NCBI GenBank assembly: GCA_024278455.1
Contig: JAJRTE010000259.1
Coordinates: 5,775-69,774 of the forward strand
Direction of reading: 5' to 3'
From: Myxococcota bacterium
Lineage (GTDB): Bacteria > Myxococcota_A > UBA796 > JAJRTE01
DNA length: 64,000 nt
Shown here: piece after piece, positions 10,319-20,590 of the stretch
How the letters are laid out: each line of letters starts with the position of its first letter
Position numbering within the stretch: position 1 is the first letter of the stretch
Program-made: the position numbers and the translations under genes
Notes under the pieces: model-generated
The model's input: only the letters and a program-made list of their open reading frames with translations
What the model was told of the DNA's origin: nothing
Databases searched by the model: none

Positions 10319-10346
10319 AATCTACCAGAATCCTCCTCCTTTTCAA
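10319..10346 (-). promoter_or_regulatory. probable sigma70 promoter for tRNA-Ser(CGA)
   Basis: TTGAAA-16nt-TAGATT with extended TG, overlapping the tadA stop codon. Confidence 0.5.
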
Positions 10347-10864
10347 CCGAATTGCGTGTTCGGCTTCGAGGTGTCGCGACGTCCTTCGTCACGAAGCGCG
10401 GGTTTCCGGCGCAGTTGCGAAAAGAACGACGACAGAACGCCCGCGCACGCGGGCTCGAGGATCCCTCCTACGAGTTCGATGCGGTGGTTGATACCCGGCA
10501 GATTCGACAGGTCCAGGACGCTGCCGGCGGCGCCGCCCTTGGGGTCCCACGCGCCAAAGACTATCTGCTCCACGCGGGCGAGCAGTGCTGCGCCCATGCA
10601 CATGATGCAGGGCTCGAGCGTCACGTACAGCGTACTACCGGGAAGCCTCCAACTGTGCATGATACTGGAGGCGCGGCGCAGTGCGAGAACTTCGGCATGA
10701 GCACTCGGGTCCTGCTGCGCCTCCCTCATGTTGTGCGCTCGAGCGATCACTCGCGCACCCGCCACGACGATGGCTCCAACAGGCACTTCGCCTTCCTCAC
10801 CAGCCTCCATGGCCTCGCGTAGCGCCATTTCCATGTAGGTTTCATGCTCGGTGGCCCGCGTCAT
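10343..10864 (-). CDS. tadA: tRNA adenosine(34) deaminase
   Basis: EVPVGA, HAE, TLYVTLEPCIMC, DPKGGA; conserved synteny with tRNA-Ser-ffs-dnaX. Confidence 0.96.
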   Translation of the reverse strand: MTRATEHETYMEMALREAMEAGEEGEVPVGAIVVAGARVIARAHNMREAQQDPSAHAEVLALRRASSIMHSWRLPGSTLYVTLEPCIMCMGAALLARVEQIVFGAWDPKGGAAGSVLDLSNLPGINHRIELVGGILEPACAGVLSSFFSQLRRKPALRDEGRRDTSKPNTQFG

Positions 10865-10872
10865 GGCAGCCT

Positions 10873-10901
10873 ACTATGAGAACGCGGGGCGCATGTGTCA
10901 A
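10873..10901 (-). promoter_or_regulatory. sigma70 promoter for tadA
   Basis: TTGACA-17nt-CATAGT ending 8 nt before the ATG. Confidence 0.55.
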
Positions 10902-11018
10902 GGGGTTTTCTCCTGCGCCACGGGTTGACAACCTGCTCCGGGCGTGGCAGGGTGTGCATATGCGATCGCTGTTCGGCAGTAGGTGCTGCGAGACTGGCCT
11001 GGCGTGGAGAAGTCGAGC

Positions 11019-11621
11019 ATGGGCAGGCGTTGTCGTTGGGATGTGTACGCTGTTCTGTGCGGGCTCCTGACTACTCTGTCCTGTGGCACGCCTCCCCGGC
11101 CCGGAGATTCGCCGCCTTCTTCGGGATACCAGGTCATCGACGACGATGACTACGAACACCTGCCCACGTTGCCGGTAGCCACCCCAACACCGGTGCCGGA
11201 CACGGGACCGACTCCGGGGCATGAGGACACGGAAACACCATCCATCGAGGAGACACCTCTTCCCCCTCCCCCTCAGCCGAATGTCTCCGGGACCCTCTAC
11301 GCTGGCCAAACCTCCCCTTCGACCGACGTGGCGATACGCATAGCCTTCTACAACACCATGCAACGCTCTGCCGCCGGAACACCGCTCGATGTGGACGATT
11401 TCATATTCGAGCTGACTCTCTTCCCGCCGGTCAGCCTCCCCGCCACGTTTTTCGTAAACCTGCCTCGAGGAGACGAGTACCTGGCAGAGGCATGGCAGGA
11501 TGCCGACCAAAACGGCATCGTGAACGGCGGAGACCTGGTCGGGGACAGCGACCTCTTTTTCACGTCCGACGAAATGGCCACGATAGAGATAACGCTGGCG
11601 GTCCTGTCGTCAGGGGAGTGA
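11019..11621 (+). CDS. putative lipoprotein, hypothetical
   Basis: Lipobox-like TLSC, DDDD and Pro/Thr linker, C-terminal beta domain with DADQNG motif. Confidence 0.7.
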   Translation: MGRRCRWDVYAVLCGLLTTLSCGTPPRPGDSPPSSGYQVIDDDDYEHLPTLPVATPTPVPDTGPTPGHEDTETPSIEETPLPPPPQPNVSGTLYAGQTSPSTDVAIRIAFYNTMQRSAAGTPLDVDDFIFELTLFPPVSLPATFFVNLPRGDEYLAEAWQDADQNGIVNGGDLVGDSDLFFTSDEMATIEITLAVLSSGE

Positions 11622-12299
11622 GTCGATCCATTCCCTGCCGAGGACCTTGACGTGCTGCCACCCGGCCGGGAGGACCCGGAACTTGCTGGGACCGACCAGC
11701 CTGGGTCCCTCGAACGTCGGAACTTCCGCCACCCGCAGCCTGTGCTTCATCGCCCGGATGGTCATCTGGTAGGCGAGTTCGAACCCTGGAGCGTCCAGGC
11801 CCAACTTCAGGAACGCCTCGCGGGTGAAGGCGCGAAACCCGTTCGTCGCGTCTGCGATCCGGTATGCGCCTCCAAATAGACGGTTGGCTGCACGCGTGAA
11901 TGCCCGGCAGCCTCGTGCCCGGGGCCTCAGACACTGCCCGTCTTCGGCGTGTACCGACTCCGGCATGAACCGGGATGCAATCACAAGGTCGTTGCCAGCG
12001 TGAAGCTTTTCGACCAGGAGAGGGATGTCTTCGGGATCCTGGTTTCCATCGGGGGCGAAAAACACTATGCTGCGCGCGGTAGTGGCTCGAACGCCCACCC
12101 TGACGGCTTCTCCCCACCCCGGCCGCTCCTGCTCGATGACACGTATGCCCCTTTCCCGAAAGAACTCTTGCGTGCCGTCGGTCGAACCGCCGTCGACCGC
12201 AACACACTCCCGCACGGTATCTGCGGGAACCCTGCCCCAGGAGGCTCTCAATCCCGGTAGTTCGTCGAGCGTCGTCAGGATTAACGCCGTACTTTGCAC
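11610..12299 (-). CDS. glycosyltransferase family 2 (polyprenol-phosphate sugar synthase-like)
   Basis: VDGGSTDGT, PDGNQDP, DLVIASRF, DATNGFRA. Confidence 0.9.
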   Translation of the reverse strand: MQSTALILTTLDELPGLRASWGRVPADTVRECVAVDGGSTDGTQEFFRERGIRVIEQERPGWGEAVRVGVRATTARSIVFFAPDGNQDPEDIPLLVEKLHAGNDLVIASRFMPESVHAEDGQCLRPRARGCRAFTRAANRLFGGAYRIADATNGFRAFTREAFLKLGLDAPGFELAYQMTIRAMKHRLRVAEVPTFEGPRLVGPSKFRVLPAGWQHVKVLGREWIDSLP

Positions 12300-12431
12300 G
12301 GATTCCTCAACAGTTCGTTGCCCCGCCCAGTCTCCCCCTCACCAGTCCAGGTTCCCCTTGCCTTCGCCACTCCTTTCCGGGGCTCGCCACCCCTCCGCGC
12401 CGGGTCTCGTTCGGGAATGGCGGCGGCCGTC

Positions 12432-13508
12432 TCACCGTTCGCCACCGCCCAACCGGTCGGCGATGGGCCCCTCCAACAACCGTTCCTGCTCGAGATAGTC
12501 GGCGAGCAAGCGTGCGATCAGGGCACACCCCTTGGCATTGGGGTGCCCCTTGTCCTGCGGGAAATACAGGGTCTCTCTCCGGGCGGCTTCATGGATCCGG
12601 TTCGAAGGGTCGAAGTGGGGAAGCCCTTCCCTCTTGGCGACGCTGGCGAGCAACTCCCGGTGATACTTGGTATAGCCGATGACCTCGAGCGGAAAGCCGA
12701 ACAGCACCAGTTGCGCCCCCTGGGCTTTGCACAACCTGGCGAACGTGAGTATGTTCTCCTCGTAGTCCGCGAGCGGCACCCTGGTTTGAGCCGTTGGATC
12801 GCCCTCGGCCCGTTCGCTCAGCCCCTGGTTCCTCCACGAAAGATATTTCACGTACTTCCAGTGGAGGTACCGTACCATTCTGAGACGGTAGAGCGGGTTG
12901 ATTCTGCGACGCTGCACCTCGATATCGATGAGCCGTTGTTGCTTGTCGGTGATTGCTGTCTTGCGGGCGTCCTGCACGATGTATCCGAACAGCACGATGT
13001 CGGGCTCGTAGGGGGCCGCGTTCTTCTTGAAATGGTGCAGTCCCTGGAACGATGTGTATCCGGGAATTCCCCCGTTCAGAACCTGGATGACCACCTCCGG
13101 GTGCTTTTCCTGCAGGATGTGCTCGAGCCTGGCTGGATAGGTCTGGTCCTGCTCGAGCCCCCAGCCGAAGGTCGTGGAGTCTCCGAGCGCCAGGATACGG
13201 ACGGTTCGGGGTTGCCGTCCAACGGGAATCTCCGCGTAACGCAGACTTCTCGAGTTCGTCGAGACCTTGAAGCGCCGGCCCAACTCCTTGTGCAAGAAGG
13301 GCTCGGCGGACAGGTTGGGCTCGACCCCCCAGAAGATGCCCCGTTCGTAGAGGTCCTCGGGGAGTCCCAACGCTCTCAAGACCAATTCCGGCACGCCAAA
13401 GAACAACAGAAGCACGAAGAGCGTGAAGAGCACCTTTTTCCACAAGGACAGGCGGCTGCGTTCGGCTGCTGTGGGGCTCTCTCCTTCAGGGTCAGCGGGT
13501 CTTGCCAC
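12432..13508 (-). CDS. membrane-anchored SGNH/GDSL hydrolase
   Basis: N-terminal TM, LGDSTTFG, NGGIPGY, DKGHPN. Confidence 0.88.
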   Translation of the reverse strand: MARPADPEGESPTAAERSRLSLWKKVLFTLFVLLLFFGVPELVLRALGLPEDLYERGIFWGVEPNLSAEPFLHKELGRRFKVSTNSRSLRYAEIPVGRQPRTVRILALGDSTTFGWGLEQDQTYPARLEHILQEKHPEVVIQVLNGGIPGYTSFQGLHHFKKNAAPYEPDIVLFGYIVQDARKTAITDKQQRLIDIEVQRRRINPLYRLRMVRYLHWKYVKYLSWRNQGLSERAEGDPTAQTRVPLADYEENILTFARLCKAQGAQLVLFGFPLEVIGYTKYHRELLASVAKREGLPHFDPSNRIHEAARRETLYFPQDKGHPNAKGCALIARLLADYLEQERLLEGPIADRLGGGER

Positions 13509-13749
13509 GTCAGGTCCACAGTGCGATTACGTCAGAATGGGAGGCAACTCTCGTTGACAATCTTAGACAGCGGGGCGTGGCCAGTCAAGCGCAAAGGGGC
13601 AAGATAGGATGAATCGGCATCTCCCAGGGGACCAACGTTCCCGTTCCCAGACGAAGCGATTCACGTCGGCGTAGCAACGCCCGCCCGAAGGTGTGGGTGG
13701 GGCGCGTCTCGATGCGCCTCGGAGTGGGCGAGAACGTGTGCGCGCGTGC

Positions 13750-16356
13750 CTACGCGCTGGCGGCCATGGGCGCGGGGACGATGACCAGCCTGTCCCCGTC
13801 GCGCTCGACACGAATGGTGTCCCCGGGGCCGAAAGCACCGGCCACCAGTTCCTTGGCGAGAGGATTCTGCAGGTATCGCTGAATCGCACGCTTCAGCGGC
13901 CGCGCACCATACACCGGGTCATACCCGACCGTGCTCAAGAAGTCGATCGCCTCCCGGGACAGGTCAAGCTCCAAGTTGCGTTCGGCCAGCCGCTGCCTGA
14001 GCTGGTCGAGCTGGATGAGCACGATCTGCTCGAGGTGCTCCCTGGTCAACGCGGGGAACAGTACCACCTCGTCGACGCGATTCAGAAACTCCGGACGGAA
14101 TACACGCCGGAGTTCCTCGAGTACCCGCTGTTCGATCACCTCGTCGGACTCCCGTCCCCGCAGTTCCTGGATGAGGTGGCTGCCGATGTTCGACGTCATG
14201 ATGATGACGGTGTTCCGGAAGTTCACGGTCCGGCCCTTGCCGTCGGTGAGGCGGCCATCCTCGAGAATCTGGAGCAGCGTGTTGAACACGTCGGGGTGCG
14301 CCTTCTCGATCTCGTCGAACAGCACCACGGAGTAGGGGCGCCGCCGGACGTGCTCGGTCAGGTATCCGCCCTCGTCGTACCCGACATACCCCGGAGGGGC
14401 ACCGATCAGCCGGGCGACGGAGTGCTTCTCCATGAACTCCGACATGTCGAGGCGCACCATGTTGTTCTCGTCGTCGAACAGGAATTCGGCCAGGGCCCGC
14501 GCGACCTCGGTCTTGCCGACACCCGTGGGGCCGAGGAAGATGAAGCTCCCGATGGGCCGCCTGGGGTCCTGGAGCCCGGACCGCGAACGTCTCACCGCGT
14601 CGGCTACCGCGGTGACCGCCTTCTCCTGGCCCACCACCCGCCGGTGGATCCGCTCCTCCATGCTGAGCAACTTCTCGGCCTCGCTCTCGAGCATCTTGGA
14701 GACCGGAATCCCCGTCCACCGGGAGATGATCGCGGCAATGTCCTCGTCGGTCACTTCCTCCCGGAGGAAGGTCTGCTCCTTCTGGATGTCGGCCAGCGTG
14801 GCCTCGGCCTCGCCAAGCTCCCGCTCCAGCGCCGGAATGCGGCCATAGCGAATCTCGGCCGCCTTGTCGTACTCCTGGCTCCGCTCGGCCTTCTCCGCCT
14901 CGAACCGGAGCTGCTCGAGCTGCTCCTTGACGTTGCGAATGGTCTGGATGATCTCCTTCTCCCGCTGCCACTGCGCCTTCATGGTGGCGCTCCGCTCGCG
15001 CAGTTCCGATATCTCCTGCTCGATCCGCTCGCGCCTCGCGGCCGCCTCGTCGCTCCGCTCCTTGGTCAGCGACTGCTTCTCGATCTCGAGGTTGATGATC
15101 TTCCGCTCCAGCTCGTCGATGGGCTGCGGGAGACTCTCGATCTCCATCTTCAGCTTGCTCGCCGCCTCGTCGATCAGGTCGATGGCCTTGTCGGGCAGGA
15201 ACCGGTCCGCCACGTACCGGGCGGAGAGGGTCGCCGCCGCCACCGTGGCGTCGTCCGAGATCCGGATGCCGTGGTGGACTTCGTAGCGCTCCTTCAATCC
15301 CCGCAAGATCGCGATGGTGTCCGCAACGGTCGGCTCCCCGACCACCACCGGCTGGAACCGCCGCTCCAGCGCCGGATCCTTCTCGATGTGCTTCCGGTAC
15401 TCGTTGAGCGTCGTGGCACCGATACACCGCAGCTCCCCTCGAGCGAGCGCCGGCTTGAGCATGTTGGAGGCATCCATGGCCCCCTCGGCCGCCCCCGCTC
15501 CCACGAGCGTATGCAGCTCATCGATGAACAGAATGATGTCCCCCTCAGCGGCGGTGATCTCCTTCAGCACCGCCTTGAGCCGGTCCTCGAACTCTCCCCG
15601 GTACTTGGTCCCCGCGATGAGCGAACCCAGGTCCAGCGCCACGACCCGCTTGTTCCTCAGGCTTTCCGGAACGTCGCCGGATGCAATCCGCTGGGCGATC
15701 CCCTCCACGATGGCGGTCTTGCCCACACCAGGCTCCCCGATCAATACCGGGTTGTTCTTGGTCCGCCTCGAGATCACCTGGAGCGCCCGCCGAATCTCTT
15801 CGTCCCGCCCGATCACCGGGTCCAGCTTCCCCTTCTGCGCCTCCGCCGTCAGGTCCCGGCAGTACTTCTTGAGCGCCTGGTACTTCGAATCCGGATCCTC
15901 GTCGGTTATCCGCTGGTTGCCACGTACCTCGGTCAGGGCCTTCAGAATCGCGTCGTGGTCGATCCCGTGGCTCTTGAGCATGTCGGCCACGGGACCTTTC
16001 CAGTTCGCCACCGCGATGAGCAGGTGCTCGGTGGACAGGTACTCGTCCTTGAACTGCGCCGCAATCTTGAACCCCGCGTCGAACAACGCAACCGTGTCTC
16101 GAGACAGCCCCACGTCGCTCTGACCCGCCCCGTACACCTTGGGCTGCCGCTCGAGGTAGGCCTGGATGTCGGCCTCGAGACCCTCGGGGCTGCCTCCTAT
16201 CTTCTTGATGATCGCCGGTACGAGACCGTCCTCCTGCCGCAGCATGGCGAGCACCAGGTGCTCGAGCCGCAGCTCGGGATGCCCGTTGGTCCGGGCGATG
16301 TCCTGGGCGTCCGCAACGGCCTCCCTGGCCTTTACCGTGAACTTGTCGAAACGCAT
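13750..16356 (-). CDS. clpB: ATP-dependent chaperone ClpB
   Basis: MRFDKFT start, two AAA+ modules ([16 protein letters not shown]), coiled-coil M domain, GAPPGYVGY. Confidence 0.98.
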   Translation of the reverse strand: MRFDKFTVKAREAVADAQDIARTNGHPELRLEHLVLAMLRQEDGLVPAIIKKIGGSPEGLEADIQAYLERQPKVYGAGQSDVGLSRDTVALFDAGFKIAAQFKDEYLSTEHLLIAVANWKGPVADMLKSHGIDHDAILKALTEVRGNQRITDEDPDSKYQALKKYCRDLTAEAQKGKLDPVIGRDEEIRRALQVISRRTKNNPVLIGEPGVGKTAIVEGIAQRIASGDVPESLRNKRVVALDLGSLIAGTKYRGEFEDRLKAVLKEITAAEGDIILFIDELHTLVGAGAAEGAMDASNMLKPALARGELRCIGATTLNEYRKHIEKDPALERRFQPVVVGEPTVADTIAILRGLKERYEVHHGIRISDDATVAAATLSARYVADRFLPDKAIDLIDEAASKLKMEIESLPQPIDELERKIINLEIEKQSLTKERSDEAAARRERIEQEISELRERSATMKAQWQREKEIIQTIRNVKEQLEQLRFEAEKAERSQEYDKAAEIRYGRIPALERELGEAEATLADIQKEQTFLREEVTDEDIAAIISRWTGIPVSKMLESEAEKLLSMEERIHRRVVGQEKAVTAVADAVRRSRSGLQDPRRPIGSFIFLGPTGVGKTEVARALAEFLFDDENNMVRLDMSEFMEKHSVARLIGAPPGYVGYDEGGYLTEHVRRRPYSVVLFDEIEKAHPDVFNTLLQILEDGRLTDGKGRTVNFRNTVIIMTSNIGSHLIQELRGRESDEVIEQRVLEELRRVFRPEFLNRVDEVVLFPALTREHLEQIVLIQLDQLRQRLAERNLELDLSREAIDFLSTVGYDPVYGARPLKRAIQRYLQNPLAKELVAGAFGPGDTIRVERDGDRLVIVPAPMAASA

Positions 16357-16453
16357 CTCAATCCCTCGTGAACGCGCACGAATGACACAAGGTGTCGTGC
16401 TGTCTGTCTTGATGTATCCATGGATCAAGGTAGGCACCAATGGCAGCAGGTCA

Positions 16454-16635
16454 AGCGGCGAGCGGCGAGTGGCGAGCGGCGAGCGGCGAGTGGCGAGTGG
16501 CGAGCGGCGAGCGGCGAGCGGCGAGCGGCGAGCGGCGAGCGGCGAGCGGCGAGCGGCGAGCGGCGAGCGGCGAGCGGCGAGTGGCGAGTGGCGAGTGGCG
16601 AGTGGCGAGTGGCGAGCGGCGAGCGGCGAGCGGTG
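16454..16635. repeat. heptamer tandem repeat (AGCGGCG/AGTGGCG) x25 plus one degenerate copy
   Basis: Directly visible uninterrupted 7-bp period from 16454 to 16628. Confidence 0.97.
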
Positions 16636-16712
16636 GGTCACACGGCCCTTTCGAGCCTCGTGGAACCGCCTCTCGGAAAACACTCGGGGCGAACTCCGCT
16701 GGAAGCAACAGC

Positions 16713-17200
16713 GTAAGCGCTCAACAGGCCCCACTCTTGCCTTTTCGTGTGTCTTGGTAGTGGGGGAGTGTGTCGGGTGGCAGGGTCCTGGCAGGGGGCG
16801 GGGCCGGACTGGCCCGGTCATGCATGAGACACGTGCTTCGATTCACGGTCGAAAAAGTCATATCCACCATACCCGTCGGTCCGCACATGGCCTCGGAACC
16901 CTTCCAGAAACTGCTGCTCTTGACGGTACAACGGCACGTGGTCCACATACTTCGCCGTCAGGATGTACGCCAATAACCCTGCCGTCGCCAACGACTCCGG
17001 CACCAACCGCGCCGGCACCGGCGCTATCTTCACCGCTGAACCGTCCGACTCCTCCCCCTCACATTTCGGACACGCATGTTTCGGACGTACATGACGAATC
17101 ACCCGGGTCTGCACCAGTGTCACATCGAGCCGCTCGCTCACTTCCTCCCCGATGCGGGCCAACGCGCAACCGCACCCGCAAGACCTCCACAGTGCGGATC
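16713..17200 (-). mobile_element. IS66-family relic (internally deleted TnpC, one terminal inverted repeat)
   Basis: CGCG..IGEEVSERLD..RHVRPKHACPKC and KYVDHVPLYRQ joined to TDGYGGY; IS66-type end GTAAGCG at 16713; other end not found. Confidence 0.85.
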
Positions 17201-17217
17201 GCTCACCCGGAAGACGA

Positions 17218-17246
17218 TTGACATGGGAAACAAGGTATGTTACTTT
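17218..17246 (+). promoter_or_regulatory. sigma70 promoter for the HTH gene
   Basis: TTGACA-17nt-TACTTT with extended -10 TG. Confidence 0.65.
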
Positions 17247-17288
17247 TTGCTCGTGAGTTAGCCGAAGCTCCAGCACGGAATCGACGGA

Positions 17289-18113
17289 ATGGGAGCCGAT
17301 TTTCGTAGCTACGCCCGGCTCGTGCTCAGGACCCAGGGGGCGCGGGCCATCGCATACCTGGGAGACTTCACCCAGGGGATCGAACAGTTGCGTCGCGCCA
17401 CGGTGGCCTTCCTGAAGCAGTTGCCAGGAACCGACCGGACGGCGATCGCCAGGGTCCTCGGCATCTCGGTTCGAACGGTCGACCAGTGGGCCAGGCAGGA
17501 GGCCGACGGCAACGAACTGGAACTCCCCACGCAGGAACTCCGCATCTACGTGGCCACGTCGAGCCTGCTCGAGAAGTCAGGGGAGAAATACGTTCCCCTG
17601 ACCAGCATCGTCGAGCACGTGAAGGCCACCGTGGACAGGCACCTGCCCACGGTCGAAATCTGGAAACGCCTCGAGGCCTACGTGACCCTTCGCATCCTCG
17701 AGCAAGATCCGGAAGATCCCGAGGCCTACCGGCTCGTCGTCAGGCCGCCATCCAGGACCTCCCGGGATCTCCGGTTCTTGCGCTCGCTGCTCGGCTACAT
17801 ATTCCCGACGGTGTTCGACATCGGTTACCAGGTTTTCGCCGGTGTCCAACACGCTCACGCGCGGCTTCAGATCTTCGACATCCCGGACGAGGGGCTGGAC
17901 CGGTTCGTCGAGACCATGACGGAGAAGCTGTTGGCGGTAATCGCCGAGCTAAACAAGATGGAAGGGGCGCTGTGGGCGGAGTTTCCCGACAGACCCCGCA
18001 AGAGATATCGTCTGGTCGTCCTCGCCGGGCCGAATGACCTGGATACGAATCCGTTCGGACTGGAAAAGATCCTGAATGCGATTCAGAACGCCAACAAGGA
18101 GGAGACCGAATGA
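17289..18113 (+). CDS. HTH-domain protein, putative transcriptional regulator
   Basis: TAIARVLGISVRTVDQW HTH followed by a winged-helix-like segment. Confidence 0.75.
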   Translation: MGADFRSYARLVLRTQGARAIAYLGDFTQGIEQLRRATVAFLKQLPGTDRTAIARVLGISVRTVDQWARQEADGNELELPTQELRIYVATSSLLEKSGEKYVPLTSIVEHVKATVDRHLPTVEIWKRLEAYVTLRILEQDPEDPEAYRLVVRPPSRTSRDLRFLRSLLGYIFPTVFDIGYQVFAGVQHAHARLQIFDIPDEGLDRFVETMTEKLLAVIAELNKMEGALWAEFPDRPRKRYRLVVLAGPNDLDTNPFGLEKILNAIQNANKEETE

Positions 18114-18355
18114 ATATCGGACGTCGGGCGGGTCTGTTGGCCGCCCTGATCTTCGTGCTGCCGGTGTCGCCGGCACAGGCGGGCGTGGGGCTGGGCAGCT
18201 TCAGGGACGCGATTTCCCAGACCATCCAGCAGGTCATCGACAAGGTGAAGGAGCGCTCGGATCGTGTGTCAACGAACCGCGAGGAGGCGCCGCCGCCGCG
18301 CGGAGCCCGCACCCGGACCTCCTCATCCGTGCGCGGGTCCACATCCTCCCGGTGA
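18110..18355 (+). CDS. small secreted protein
   Basis: ATGA overlap with the upstream gene, AAGGAGGAG RBS, signal peptide ending AQA. Confidence 0.7.
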   Translation: MNIGRRAGLLAALIFVLPVSPAQAGVGLGSFRDAISQTIQQVIDKVKERSDRVSTNREEAPPPRGARTRTSSSVRGSTSSR

Positions 18356-18686
18356 CGCTCCTCTCCTCGTCTTCCCCCCGCGCCGCTTCCCACTGGAATC
18401 CAAACCGCGTGCCGCGCGCACGGACGCCCGGCTGTCCGGCGTGAGCCGGCGTGGAGCGGCGGGCGATCATCCCACGGCCTTGCCCACGACTGCATTCCCA
18501 CGCCGGCAATCGATTTCCTCGATCTTGGCGAGAACGAACCGCGCCGCCGCCGCTCTTGCCGCGGATAGACGTCCACCTGCTCCCGGCAAGCAGTTGGATC
18601 CTTCTCTTGTTCGTTCCATGGTCCCGGTGGATGATCGAGTGACCAGAAATCCAATGGCTGGACACACTAGACAAAAGGAGAAGACC

Positions 18687-19148
18687 ATGGCCGACAAAAG
18701 ACCGGGCGATGAGACGACGGGGCGTGAACGCGGCTCGGCACCGACGGACGAAGGCGGCGATGCCGGCGAAGGCGCGGAGGCGACCGGGAAGGAAGCGGCA
18801 GGGGTCGAAGTCCTCGAGTGCGCACCGGTGATCGAGACGTGGGACGACCTGCTCGATCTGGAGCCTGGGCAGCAGGCCTACGTACCCCTGCCGTCCCCGA
18901 CAGCGGAGGCGGTCTGGACATGGCACCAGTTTCTCGGGGGCGAGGCCCCCCCGGACCGCCTGGCCCAGGCCGTGCGGCACATCTTGATGGGTCTGTACGT
19001 AAACGACGCAGGTGCCATTCTTCTCGGTCTCGTCGATGCCTTGAATGCGTTTTCGCGCCTGCTGGAGGCCTACGAGAAGCCTCCGGGCGGTGCGGGGGAC
19101 GCCGAGGGGCCTGCCGGGAGAGGTCCTTGGCCGGCTCAGACGCGTTGA
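18687..19148 (+). CDS. hypothetical protein
   Basis: AAGGAG RBS before ATG 18687, high-GC codon usage. Confidence 0.6.
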   Translation: MADKRPGDETTGRERGSAPTDEGGDAGEGAEATGKEAAGVEVLECAPVIETWDDLLDLEPGQQAYVPLPSPTAEAVWTWHQFLGGEAPPDRLAQAVRHILMGLYVNDAGAILLGLVDALNAFSRLLEAYEKPPGGAGDAEGPAGRGPWPAQTR

Positions 19149-19458
19149 ACGAGGTACTGCTGCGCCCGCTCGTGGAATGGGAGAATCCTCGTTGGGGCTC
19201 CTCCGGCACGTAGCCGTGTCGTATCCCGTCGATCGTGCATTTGCCCATCCCCCCCACACGGGTCCGCGCCTGGGGATCCCCATGGGGCCGCCACCCGGGT
19301 TGGCCGGATGTTTTCCAGGCATCCGGGGCACGGTTCGCGCCGCGGTGGTCCTCGTTCGGGTGGGTCGAGTTTCGTCGGCGCCTGGCCTGCCGTAGCCGCC
19401 GATGTCGGACAGCGGGCAGGGCCGAGGAGGTACCGTGTCCCGCCGTGCCCGGGCGTGG

Positions 19459-20406
19459 TCAGAACTGGAGGGTCACCTCGTCGCCGAGCGCGTCGAGCAG
19501 AAAGGCGCGTGCACGGTTCTTGAGCCGCTCCTCGAGCTGCCGGATTCGCTCCTTGCTGACCCCGAACTCCTGTCCCAGCTCGGCCAGGCTGACAGGGTCC
19601 TGGCTCAGGAGGCGTTTCGTCCAGATGGTCTTGTCACGCTTGTCGGTGAGAGTGTCTCCGAATGCCTCGAGGGCCAATCTGAGCTTCTCCGCCGCTTCCT
19701 TCGTGCCGACCTCTGCTTCCGGGTCCGTCACTTCGTCACCAGTGATGATCTCCGAGACGGAACGGCCGTCGGAGTCGCTGCCTACCGGTGCGTCCAGCGA
19801 GATGTCGCGGTTGGACATGCGCGCGCTCACCCATTCCACCTCTTCCTCTGGCACGTCGAGCCGCTCGGCGAGCAGCTTGGGAGCAGGATTGATGCCCTGG
19901 GCGAGCAGCTTCTTGCGTTCTTTCTGGAGTTGGTAGAACAACTTCCGTCCCGAACGGGTGCTCCCTATCCGGACGAGGCTGATGTTGTTCATGATGTACT
20001 GAAGGATGTAGGCGCGAATCCAGTACTGCGCGTAGCTAGTGAAACGGATGCCCCGGAGCGGGTCGAACTTCTCCAGGGCCTGGGCGAGTCCGATATTGCC
20101 TTCCTGGATCAGGTCGAGGACGTTGGTCCACGACCGCCTGTACTCGAACGCGATCTTGACGACCAGTCTCAGGTTCGCGGTGACGAGACGGTATCCGATC
20201 TCGGGATCTTTCGTCTCCTTGTAGGCTCGAGTCAGTTTCTGCTCTTCTTCCGCATCGAGCAGCGGGTACTTTCGGATCTCCGCCATGTAGCGGGACAGGA
20301 GGTCCTGCGTGGCGATGGCACGCGGCGGTGCAGCAGCGGGCACCAGCATGGTCGCATCGCTCGATGGCCTGTCGCGTTTTCTTTTCTCTTTGGGCAAGGG
20401 TGACAA
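19459..20406 (-). CDS. rpoH: RNA polymerase sigma factor, sigma-32 family
   Basis: NLRLVVKIA, DLIQEGNIGL, YAQYWIRAYI, RpoH-box-like RKLFYQL, GVSKERIRQLE. Confidence 0.9.
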   Translation of the reverse strand: MSPLPKEKRKRDRPSSDATMLVPAAAPPRAIATQDLLSRYMAEIRKYPLLDAEEEQKLTRAYKETKDPEIGYRLVTANLRLVVKIAFEYRRSWTNVLDLIQEGNIGLAQALEKFDPLRGIRFTSYAQYWIRAYILQYIMNNISLVRIGSTRSGRKLFYQLQKERKKLLAQGINPAPKLLAERLDVPEEEVEWVSARMSNRDISLDAPVGSDSDGRSVSEIITGDEVTDPEAEVGTKEAAEKLRLALEAFGDTLTDKRDKTIWTKRLLSQDPVSLAELGQEFGVSKERIRQLEERLKNRARAFLLDALGDEVTLQF

Positions 20407-20590
20407 CTCCCGATTATCCAGCCAGGCGGGATGAGAAACCGTAGAATCTCATACCCATGCCGACGTGGATTGTCAAGAACAGTGCCACCAGAAAGGGGCG
20501 ACAGGCCGCATACGCCTGTCATCTTTGGTGGGCAACGAGAAAGACGGGGGCGCCGAATCGGGACGAGAGCAGGTGGTGCGACCGGCGGAT

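Noticed and set aside
13693-16371. 892-aa plus-strand ORF
   Set aside because: Antisense shadow of clpB caused by high-GC codon bias; no recognisable motifs
16357-16821. N-terminal extension of the ClpB ORF, and short ORFs running through the heptamer repeat
   Set aside because: Stop-free repeat artefact; ClpB homology starts at MRFDKF (16356)
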